Virus record (IMG/VR): IMGVR_UViG_2690316105_000002
Span: 1 to 13,791 of that record
DNA from: a virus
Taxonomy: Duplodnaviria; Heunggongvirae; Uroviricota; Caudoviricetes
Direction: 5' to 3' (one strand)
DNA length: 13,791 nt
A program made the translations under genes and the position numbers. Below the pieces are notes generated by a model. The model did no database searches, was not told the DNA's origin, and saw nothing but the letters and a program-made list of their open reading frames with translations. Below are positions 7,090-13,791 of this stretch, piece after piece. Within the stretch, counting starts at the first letter, position 1, and the number at the start of each line of letters is the position of its first letter.

Positions 7090-7845
7090 ATGAGCATGAA
7101 ACTAATGGCAAAAGCAATGGAAATTAAAGTGGGTAATCCATTGCGTAAGCTGGTTCTGATTAAGCTGGCTGATAATGCCAGCGATCAGGGCGAGTGCTGG
7201 CCCAGCTACCAGTATATCGCTGACCAGTGCGAGATTAGCAAGCGTTCTGTGATTAATCATATTGCGGCGCTTTGTGAGTCCGGGCTGGTAAAAAAAATCA
7301 CCCGGAAAGGTGAAAAAGGTAATACAAGTAATATCTATCTCCTTCATCTGGATGGTGCAGAAAATTTACCGGGGAATAGTGCAAATAATTCGCTACATTG
7401 TGCATCAGATGCATCGGGTAGCGCAGGAGTTGCACCTGTTGCCAGTGCAGGAGTTGCACCCAGAACCAGTCACTCTTTTGAACCAGTCAATGAACCTGAT
7501 GTTGGTGGATCTGCTGACGCAGATCCACAGGTCAGTCATCGCGCAAAAAACAAAATCGACTGGCAGAGGGTTCTGGACAGCTATCACGAAATCCTGCCTG
7601 AAATGCCATCAGTGAAAATTCTGACGGATACTAGGAAAAAAAATCTGCGGACGTTCTGGCAGAAATTCGGTTTTGACCAGCAGCGATGGGAGTCCTATCT
7701 GCGATACGTTGCTGAGAACTGTCGCTGGATGCTGGAAGATCGTCCCAATGGCAGCGGTGGGTTCTGGAAGCGTAAAAACCTGGATTACCTGATCACCGAA
7801 CGGTGCTATGTCGCTGTCAAAGAGGCGCGGGCAAATGACAGATAA
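7090..7845 (+). CDS. phage replication initiation protein (N-terminal winged-helix DNA-binding domain), 251 aa
   Basis: N-terminal motif GECWPSYQYIADQCEISKRSVINHIAALCESGLV typical of phage replication-initiator HTH domains; Gly/Ser/Ala/Pro-rich linker containing direct DNA repeats; immediately followed by the helicase gene. Confidence 0.7.
   Translation: MSMKLMAKAMEIKVGNPLRKLVLIKLADNASDQGECWPSYQYIADQCEISKRSVINHIAALCESGLVKKITRKGEKGNTSNIYLLHLDGAENLPGNSANNSLHCASDASGSAGVAPVASAGVAPRTSHSFEPVNEPDVGGSADADPQVSHRAKNKIDWQRVLDSYHEILPEMPSVKILTDTRKKNLRTFWQKFGFDQQRWESYLRYVAENCRWMLEDRPNGSGGFWKRKNLDYLITERCYVAVKEARANDR
7423..7489. repeat. iteron-like direct repeats inside the initiator gene (candidate origin)
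   Basis: GCAGGAGTTGCACC at 7423..7436 and 7447..7460; GAACCAGTCA at 7463..7472 and 7480..7489; A-rich tract downstream around 7543..7556. Confidence 0.45.
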
Positions 7846-9238
7846 CACCTTTCCGGTGCCATACCGGGTCGATGCCGAACAGGCAGTGCTGGGGTGCCTG
7901 ATGGTAAACACCGACACTGAGCGTGCGGGGCAGGTGTATTCGATGCTGAAACCGGAGTCGTTTTACGTTGCGGCGCACAGGGTTATTTTCCGTGAAATTC
8001 GCGGACTTTTCCGCGCCGGAAAGCCTACGGACCTGCTCAGCCTTGCGAACGTGATCGAGGCGAAAAAACTGGATGCTGAGACTGGTGGCTTTGCGTACCT
8101 TGCTGAAATCAGCAGGAGTGCCACGCTATCGGCGATGGTTCACTACGCCGGGATTGTGCGGGAAAAATCCATCCTGCGGTACGCGGTGGAAAAATTACAT
8201 GCGTGCATCGGGATCATGAATCAGCCGACAGACACGAGTGCGACAGAACGACTTGGCGCAGTTCAACAGGTCATTGGCACGATGGCAGAGTATGCCAGAA
8301 CAGGAAAAACAGGCGGTCTGCGCCCGGTAAGTGATGTGGTTAACGACTGGATTGATGATCTTGAGCGTCGCTTTTCCAGCCCGGAGAACGCAGCGGGTCT
8401 GACGCTGGGGATTAGCTCTCTGGATCGGCTTATGGCCCCCAAACATGTGCTACGTGGTTCGCTGGTAGTGATTGGTGCAAGGCCGAAAATGGGTAAAAGC
8501 GCCTCGCTGAACAGGATTGTGACGCATTTTGCTCTGAATCATCGTCTGCCCACACTGGTATTCACCCTGGAAATGACAGATCGCAGCCTGGTTGAGCGCA
8601 TGGTTGCGCAGGAGGCGAGGGTAAATTCTGAAATTTTTTATGTCGGTGCCAGTGATGACTCGGATATGGCGCGGGCGATGGCGAAAGCCGCAGAACTGGC
8701 AGAATCAAACCTGATGATTGACAGCACACCAGGGGTAACGCTGGCCCATGTGATCGCTGAATGCCGGAAGGTTAAGCGTCAGCGTGGTGTTGTCGGCCTT
8801 GTGGCGATCGATTACCTGACGCTGATGAAGGCGGAAGCCGCGGAGCGTCGTGATATTGCTTTCGGGGATATCACAACGGGCTTAAAAAATCTCGCTAAAG
8901 AGCTGGACTGCGTGGTTTTACTTCTGACGCAACTTAACCGAAAACTCGAGGACAGGGCAGATAAACGCCCCACACCAAGCGACAGTCGCGACACCGGGCA
9001 GATTGAACAGGATTGCGATGTGTGGATTGGGTTGTACCGGGATGCTGTCTACAACCGTAACGCAGACTCTCAGCTTATGGAGCTGATTCTCCGTCTGAAC
9101 AGGGAGGGAGCAACAGGAACAGCATACGCCCTGATGGATAACGGTTCAGTGACTGATGTCAGCGCAGAGGATGCTGCCAGACGTCTGAGACTTGGTGGTC
9201 CGGCACGTAAACCCTACGCACAGACGGAGGATTTCTGA
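7835..9238 (+). CDS. dnaB: replicative DNA helicase, DnaB family
   Basis: DnaB-like N-terminal domain and Walker A-like motif GARPKMGKS; the ATG at 7835 overlaps the initiator stop (ATGACAGATAA); the track's upstream start at 7808 is less likely. Confidence 0.85.
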   Translation: MTDNTFPVPYRVDAEQAVLGCLMVNTDTERAGQVYSMLKPESFYVAAHRVIFREIRGLFRAGKPTDLLSLANVIEAKKLDAETGGFAYLAEISRSATLSAMVHYAGIVREKSILRYAVEKLHACIGIMNQPTDTSATERLGAVQQVIGTMAEYARTGKTGGLRPVSDVVNDWIDDLERRFSSPENAAGLTLGISSLDRLMAPKHVLRGSLVVIGARPKMGKSASLNRIVTHFALNHRLPTLVFTLEMTDRSLVERMVAQEARVNSEIFYVGASDDSDMARAMAKAAELAESNLMIDSTPGVTLAHVIAECRKVKRQRGVVGLVAIDYLTLMKAEAAERRDIAFGDITTGLKNLAKELDCVVLLLTQLNRKLEDRADKRPTPSDSRDTGQIEQDCDVWIGLYRDAVYNRNADSQLMELILRLNREGATGTAYALMDNGSVTDVSAEDAARRLRLGGPARKPYAQTEDF

Positions 9239-9399
9239 TGCAGTCACTTTGTGATGTTCTGGAAAAAACGCTGCTTCAGTTCGGGCGGGGGGAAACGGCG
9301 GAGCAGAAAACACGAAACCAGAAGAATCTGGTTCATCTGAGAAAAATGATTGATGCAGCCAGGCTGGCTGAAAAGCTGGAAAAACAAAACCGGAGGTAA
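9238..9399 (+). CDS. hypothetical small protein, 53 aa
   Basis: Hand-translated ([23 protein letters not shown]...); its ATG shares one base with the helicase TGA (TGATG); the next gene's GGAGG lies in its 3' end. Confidence 0.4.
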   Translation: MQSLCDVLEKTLLQFGRGETAEQKTRNQKNLVHLRKMIDAARLAEKLEKQNRR

Positions 9400-9404
9400 T
9401 TTTA

Positions 9405-10166
9405 ATGGAAACTGTTTTTGACGCACTGAAAGCAATGGGAAAAGCCACATCCACAGAACTTGCTGCGCGACTTGATATCAGTCGTGAAGAAGTGCTGAAC
9501 GAACTATGGGAACTGAAAAAGGCTGGTTTTGTTGATAAAAGCGCGTACACCTGGCGTGTGGCTGATAACAACGTTCAGCAGGAACAGCCAGCGCAGGCAG
9601 AACTGCCGGAAGAAACCACCACAGCAACAGTAGCGAAAATCTCAGAGTGCGATTTAACCGCGACGATTGAACAACGCGGACCACAAACGGCTGATGAGCT
9701 GGCTACATTGTTTGGTACCACATCACGCAAAGTGGCTTCAACGCTGGCAATGGCAATCAGCAAAGGTCGTCTGATTCGCGTAAATCAGGGCGGTAAATTT
9801 CGTTACTGCATACCGGGCGATAATTTACCAGCAGAGCCGAAAGCAGCATCGGTAGCGGAAACTGATGGTAAGGCCTTTCCTCAGCCCGCAGGTGTTGCAT
9901 TACCAGTACAGGAGGCTGCAACACAGGAAGATATTAAAACAGAAACGGTGGCGGACATTGTGCAGTCGCTGCCATTGTTCACCGAAACGCGAGCGGATGA
10001 CCTGGTTTTACCATCGCTGCATATGGCAAACCGCGAACTGCGTCGGGCGAAAAGTCATGTCCAGAAGTGGGAGCGTGTCTGCGCCGCGCTGCGGGAGCTG
10101 AATAAACACCGGGACGTTGTCCGGCAGATTGTCGACTCTTCCCGCCGTGTTGCATCGGAAAAGTGA
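9405..10166 (+). CDS. hypothetical phage protein with two winged-helix-like segments, 253 aa
   Basis: ORF track; GGAGG 8 nt upstream; two HTH-like stretches (residues about 10-50 and 90-130). Confidence 0.6.
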   Translation: METVFDALKAMGKATSTELAARLDISREEVLNELWELKKAGFVDKSAYTWRVADNNVQQEQPAQAELPEETTTATVAKISECDLTATIEQRGPQTADELATLFGTTSRKVASTLAMAISKGRLIRVNQGGKFRYCIPGDNLPAEPKAASVAETDGKAFPQPAGVALPVQEAATQEDIKTETVADIVQSLPLFTETRADDLVLPSLHMANRELRRAKSHVQKWERVCAALRELNKHRDVVRQIVDSSRRVASEK

Positions 10167-10181
10167 TTGCCGGAGGCGCTT

Positions 10182-10607
10182 ATGGCAAAAGTATTTACAC
10201 AGGAAGAGCGGGAAAAATTAAAGGGGCGGGTTGTTGAACTTGTACGTCTTAGCGGTCGCGAGACGTTACGGCAACTGGAAGCGAAAACAGGTGCGACAAG
10301 ATATCTGTTGAGCGTTCTCGCCAGAGAGCTGGTTGCCAGTGGTGATGTATACAACTCTGACTACGGGTTATTTCCCTCTGAACAGGCTCGTAAGGACTGG
10401 CAAAACGCCCGCAAAAAACTATCAAGGGCAAAACTGAAGAAAAAAACATCTGTGGTTGATCCGGACCTTATCTGGTCGTTACCAGACGGCGAAATACGTC
10501 GCTACGACAGTCGCCTAAACATAATCTGTCGCGAGTGCCGGAAGAGCGAAGTTATGCAGCGCATATTGTCGTTTTATCAGGGTAATTTTCAGGAGGTGAT
10601 GGCGTGA
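10182..10607 (+). CDS. hypothetical phage protein, about 141 aa
   Basis: ORF track 10167..10607; the ATG at 10182 is preceded by GGAGG and is preferred over the TTG at 10167. Confidence 0.55.
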   Translation: MAKVFTQEEREKLKGRVVELVRLSGRETLRQLEAKTGATRYLLSVLARELVASGDVYNSDYGLFPSEQARKDWQNARKKLSRAKLKKKTSVVDPDLIWSLPDGEIRRYDSRLNIICRECRKSEVMQRILSFYQGNFQEVMA

Positions 10608-10909
10608 GGGTGAGAGTCTATATCGCCGGTCCAATGACCGGGTATAAAAATTTCAACCGTGAGGCGTTTCACAATGCGGAAGAGGAACTGAAACGGGAAG
10701 GGCATACCGTCTTAAACCCGGCAGTACTTCCGGACGGGCTGACACAGCCGCAGTACATGGATATCTGCATGGCGATGATTCGTTGTGTGGATGCGATTTA
10801 CATGCTGAAAGGCTGGCAGCGGTCAGCAGGCGCTAAGGCAGAACTGGCGCTGGCGGAGAAACTGGGGCATGCGGTGATTTTTCAGGAGACAGCCAGTGTG
10901 CAAGACTAA
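10604..10909 (+). CDS. DUF4406-like protein (nucleoside 2-deoxyribosyltransferase-like fold), 101 aa
   Basis: N-terminal YIAGPMTGYKNFNREAF matches the YxAGP motif of this family as recalled; GTG start overlapping the upstream stop (GTGA); AGGAGG 7 nt upstream. Confidence 0.5.
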   Translation: MRVRVYIAGPMTGYKNFNREAFHNAEEELKREGHTVLNPAVLPDGLTQPQYMDICMAMIRCVDAIYMLKGWQRSAGAKAELALAEKLGHAVIFQETASVQD

Positions 10910-11351
10910 TTACCAGGCATTACGTGAACGTTATTCACCAATTCAGGTGCCGGAATGTCCTGTTTGTGGCGATGAAATGTCGATACAGCGCATATTTTCC
11001 AGAACGCATATTGTGTATGCCTGCACAGGTGAGGGGGATGATGGATATTTTAAAACTGGTCGAACTTTTGCGGATGAGCATTACCTGAAATCGCGCGTAA
11101 CCGTCGTTGATGTTAGCGATCCTGACGTACTGGCTTTACTGAAAGAGCTGGAAGTTAAAGACAAACGCATTGCAGAATTGACAGATGCGCTTACACAAAT
11201 GATTAATGCGCACAAAACCACAATTCGTTTTGGTCATGAACGCATAACTGAATGTGGTGGTGATTGCGACTCGCCGGAAAAGATGATTTCAGAAAATCCG
11301 GATATCAGAATGGCAGAGGCTGTTTTGAGAGCAGGGATAAAAACTGAATAA
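10896..11351 (+). CDS. hypothetical phage protein with Cys pairs (CPVC, CGGDC), 151 aa
   Basis: ORF track; GTG start overlapping the upstream gene by 14 nt; GGAG 8 nt upstream. Confidence 0.5.
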   Translation: MCKTNYQALRERYSPIQVPECPVCGDEMSIQRIFSRTHIVYACTGEGDDGYFKTGRTFADEHYLKSRVTVVDVSDPDVLALLKELEVKDKRIAELTDALTQMINAHKTTIRFGHERITECGGDCDSPEKMISENPDIRMAEAVLRAGIKTE

Positions 11352-11446
11352 TTAAATTTAGCACAGCAAATAAAATTTAATCCTTAACCGGAGGGATTTC
11401 TGCACCCTCAGAACATCAGGAGGCCGCCTGAAAGGGCGGTAGTGAA

Positions 11447-11629
11447 ATGCGAAAGTTCAAAATAATTATTGAAACGGGAATAGCTGGTGGAGATTTTGAG
11501 GATGTATTCGAAGTGGACGATGACGCAACACCTGATGAAATTCATGATGAAGCAAAAGAAATTTTCTTTAACTACTGCAATTATTCATATCACGAAATAA
11601 AAGACGAAGAGGAAGAACAAAATGGCTGA
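11447..11629 (+). CDS. hypothetical small acidic protein, 60 aa
   Basis: ORF track; AGGAGG at 11418..11423 is separated from the ATG by a 16-nt hairpin plus 7 nt. Confidence 0.5.
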   Translation: MRKFKIIIETGIAGGDFEDVFEVDDDATPDEIHDEAKEIFFNYCNYSYHEIKDEEEEQNG

Positions 11630-11798
11630 TTTTGGTTCAACTAAATACAACGTCAGTTTTAAAGAATGGCATGAACTGTTAATGGCCTATGCAGAGTTAC
11701 GCGGTGGAAGTGCTGCTGATGCCGATGCATGGCGTGATGCTTATGAAGCAGGAAAAACACCGGTCGAAGCATATTGTGATGAGTGGGGCGATGAATGA
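11622..11798 (+). CDS. hypothetical small protein, 58 aa
   Basis: Hand-translated (MADFGSTKYNVSFKEWHELLMAYAELRGG...); GAGGAAG ribosome-binding site; overlaps both neighbours (8 nt upstream, ATGA downstream). Confidence 0.45.
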   Translation: MADFGSTKYNVSFKEWHELLMAYAELRGGSAADADAWRDAYEAGKTPVEAYCDEWGDE

Positions 11799-12310
11799 GC
11801 GAGATTAATTATCAGGAAGGGCATGAAACGGTAGGGCAGGCAAAACCAGTTGCATGGCGATATCGCTATGTGAAAAAAAGCGTTACGGACTTTCAGGAGA
11901 AGATGTGGGTTGGTGACTGGAAATATGTACCGACAAAAGAGGATTGCAACGACAGGCCGAGCTATGAGATTCAGGCCTTATTCACTGCCCCGCCAGTCCC
12001 GGTGACATCAGAAGGACTGGTTAAAGCCGTGCGCTTTTATGAACAGGTAAAGCGTGAAAATCCGCCAGCTGAAACAGGAGCATGGAAAGATGCTGTTGAT
12101 TGGGTACTCAAAGAGGCCTGCTGTGCTGCCATTCTGGGTAAAGCTGACAATCCACTAGCATCCAGTAATCAGGTTAGCGAATTAACAATGTGGGTTAAAC
12201 GACTGGTCAGTCAACTGAAAAAAGCTCAGCCGGACTGCAAATTACCGGAGAAGGCGATGGATTACCTGAAACGAAATGGACTGATAAGCGTGGAGGATGT
12301 TTTACGATGA
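11795..12310 (+). CDS. hypothetical phage protein, 171 aa
   Basis: ORF track; ATGA overlap with the upstream ORF. Confidence 0.6.
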   Translation: MSEINYQEGHETVGQAKPVAWRYRYVKKSVTDFQEKMWVGDWKYVPTKEDCNDRPSYEIQALFTAPPVPVTSEGLVKAVRFYEQVKRENPPAETGAWKDAVDWVLKEACCAAILGKADNPLASSNQVSELTMWVKRLVSQLKKAQPDCKLPEKAMDYLKRNGLISVEDVLR

Positions 12311-12390
12311 CCTGGTCTGAAGCATTCACAACGGTAGGAATCGCACTGGCGGTGGCGCTGGTGGTGTATTCGATTTGCCGCTGGGGATAA
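12307..12390 (+). CDS. possible small hydrophobic peptide, 27 aa (single predicted membrane helix)
   Basis: Hand-translated MTWSEAFTTVGIALAVALVVYSICRWG; ATGA overlap with the upstream stop. Short, so weakly supported. Confidence 0.3.
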   Translation: MTWSEAFTTVGIALAVALVVYSICRWG

Positions 12391-12397
12391 AAACGGT

Positions 12398-12425
12398 TTG
12401 CGGGAAAAGGAGAGTTAAGTAGAAT
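12398..12425 (+). promoter_or_regulatory. candidate promoter of the hok mRNA
   Basis: TTGCGG (12398..12403), 16-nt spacer, TAGAAT (12420..12425); predicts a roughly 420-nt transcript ending at the terminator at 12850. Confidence 0.4.
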
Positions 12426-12601
12426 TGCAGCGGGTGCTTGAGGCTATCTGTCTCAGGCATGAACACCAAAAGGCAGATAGAGAAAAGCCCCAGTTAACAT
12501 TACGCGTCCGGCAAGACGCTTAACATTAAGCTGAGGCTCAATCCATGCTGAACACATGTAGGTTAGCCTCTTACGTGCCGAAAGGCAAGGAGAAGCAGGC
12601 T

Positions 12602-12757
12602 ATGAAGCAGCAAAAGGCGATGTTAATCGCCCTGATCGTCATCTGTTTAACCGTCATAGCGACGGCACTGGTAACGAGGAAAGACCTCTGTGAGGTACGA
12701 ATCCGAACCGGCCAGACGGAGGTCGCTGTCTTCGTAGACTACGAATCTAGAGAGTAA
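12602..12757 (+). CDS. hok: Hok/Gef-family type I toxin, 51 aa
   Basis: MKQQKAMLIALIVICLTVIATALVTRKDLCEVRIRTGQTEVAVFVDYESRE: membrane helix followed by the conserved LVTRKDLCEV-RIRTGQTEVAVF core of Hok/Gef toxins as recalled; long structured leader and 3' UTR; in-frame upstream ATG at 12545. Confidence 0.85.
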   Translation: MKQQKAMLIALIVICLTVIATALVTRKDLCEVRIRTGQTEVAVFVDYESRE

Positions 12758-12828
12758 GAGTGACCAGGCGAGGGAGAAATCCCTCGCCACCTCTGATGTG
12801 TCAGGCATCCTCAACGCACCCGCACTTA

Positions 12829-12850
12829 ACCCGCTTCGGCGGGTTTTTTG
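12829..12850 (+). terminator. rho-independent terminator of the hok transcript
   Basis: CCCGC-TTCG-GCGGG hairpin with UUCG tetraloop followed by TTTTTT (12844..12849). Confidence 0.75.
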
Positions 12851-12979
12851 TTGCGATTTTCAACGCGTTTGAACTTTCAGAATGCGCAGGAATAGAATCA
12901 AAAACACTTAAGTAGCGCGCAGGGAGAAGAGGGATGGACCCCTTAAGGGGAAGTGTTAAAAGTTCACAGGCTTTTTGTT

Positions 12980-13147
12980 ATGAACGTTAAAGAATTGATT
13001 GTTGTGCTTTCTTTACCAGGTCACTACGAAGTGATAACGCTCGAAAATGGGGAGTTTATCGTAACGCCATTACCTCCTGATGCAATTCTAATCAGCAAAG
13101 AATCGCACGCAGATTCTGTAAGCCACTTCTGTATTAAAGAAGACTAA
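12980..13147 (+). CDS. hypothetical small protein, about 55 aa (alternative GTG start 12953)
   Basis: ORF track 12953..13147; the ATG at 12980 is overlapped by an 18-codon upstream ORF (12934..12990) that has a strong AGGGAGAAGAGGG ribosome-binding site. Confidence 0.45.
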   Translation: MNVKELIVVLSLPGHYEVITLENGEFIVTPLPPDAILISKESHADSVSHFCIKED

Positions 13148-13207
13148 ATTATACTGGCAACGCCAGTCTGAACACCTGGTACCTGTCGCACCATTACGAG
13201 GGTAGTA

Positions 13208-13791
13208 GTGGTGCATTTACAGTTAGTCAAACAAACTTCTTCTGGTTTACTTCTCCCGGCGACGCCGGAGAGTTGCGATTTTCTGCATCAAATCAAAACA
13301 GGTGAGTGGATACACGCTGATTTTAAGCGCGTTCGTAACTACGCATTCCACAAGCGTTTTTTCAAACTCCTGCAACTGGGGTTCGATTACTGGACTCCGG
13401 TCGGAGGGGCGATCACGCCTAGCGAACAAAAACTGGTTTCAGGCTTCGTTGAGTACCTGCGCGAATCAGTAGGTCGGGAACATACGCCAGCTCTGAGCGA
13501 AGCCGCAGAGCAATATCTGAATACCGTTGCGACACGCAGAACCCGGGATACAGCATTGCTAAAGTCGTTTGAGGCTTTCCGCGAGTGGGTAACCATTCAG
13601 GCCGGATTTTACACCGAGCATATTTATCCTGATGGTAGTCGTGGGCGCAGGGCAAAATCTATCGCATTTGCGAACATGGACGAAACCGAGTTTCAGCAGG
13701 TTTATAAATCTGTACTGAATGTGCTGTGGAACTGGATCCTGTTCCGTAAATTTTCCTCTCCGGAACAAGTCGAAAATGTGGCCGCGCAGCT
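13208..13791 (+). CDS. phage protein, 5' partial at window end (at least 194 aa), possibly DUF1367-like
   Basis: Hand-translated: open frame from GTG 13208 (GAGG 5 nt upstream) with no stop to the window end; absent from the track because it is incomplete. Family assignment is a weak recollection. Confidence 0.6.
   Translation, partial: MVHLQLVKQTSSGLLLPATPESCDFLHQIKTGEWIHADFKRVRNYAFHKRFFKLLQLGFDYWTPVGGAITPSEQKLVSGFVEYLRESVGREHTPALSEAAEQYLNTVATRRTRDTALLKSFEAFREWVTIQAGFYTEHIYPDGSRGRRAKSIAFANMDETEFQQVYKSVLNVLWNWILFRKFSSPEQVENVAAQ

Noticed and set aside
6584-7587. Minus-strand ORFs 6584..6952, 7102..7347, 7405..7587 and plus-strand 6908..7093, 7310..7615
   Set aside because: Antisense or out-of-frame overlaps of the CII-like and initiator genes; no independent support.
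8195-10449. Minus-strand ORFs 8195..8446, 8812..8994, 9146..9571, 9244..9450, 9478..9684, 9575..9763, 10055..10354, 10249..10449
   Set aside because: All lie antisense within well-supported plus-strand genes and have Ser/Arg/Cys-rich low-complexity translations.
12545-12601. Upstream in-frame extension of hok, considered as a separate mok-like gene
   Set aside because: It is in frame with hok, so it is only an alternative start; the ATG at 12602 with an upstream GGAG gives the canonical 51-aa toxin. Retained as a possible regulatory start, not a distinct gene.
13247-13768. Minus-strand ORFs 13247..13429, 13387..13596, 13419..13655, 13559..13768
   Set aside because: Antisense to the uninterrupted plus-strand frame that starts at 13208 and runs to the window end.
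1-13791. tRNA genes, CRISPR arrays, integrase or attachment sites, insertion sequences
   Set aside because: No cloverleaf-compatible segments, no regularly spaced repeats, no recombinase-like ORF and no terminal inverted repeats flanking a transposase were seen.

Overview
This window reads as the early (immunity and replication) region of a lambdoid enterobacterial prophage, with an architecture resembling the dicA/dicC/dicB-operon type of E. coli Qin. All calls are from reading the sequence and ORF track; family names are from memory, not from a search. Centre: a short HTH repressor (5824..6213, minus) with a leaderless start, divergent from a Cro-like and a CII-like gene, with 17-bp GTTC-N9-GAAC operators at both early promoters. 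Right arm (plus): replication initiator with internal iterons, DnaB-like helicase, a chain of translationally coupled small genes, a hok-type type I toxin locus, and a partial gene running off the end. Left arm (minus): three small ORFs of 51, 42 and 72 aa matching ydfA/ydfB/ydfC in size and order, a candidate DicF-like sRNA, a Phd/ParE-type toxin-antitoxin pair, a Rha-family gene, two AT-rich small ORFs and an unassignable 529-aa protein. The most unusual element is an AT-rich, oppositely oriented gene (4537..5004) for a coiled-coil plus zinc-ribbon protein, set in a structured non-coding region where dicB would be expected. No tRNA, CRISPR array, integrase or N-like antiterminator was seen.
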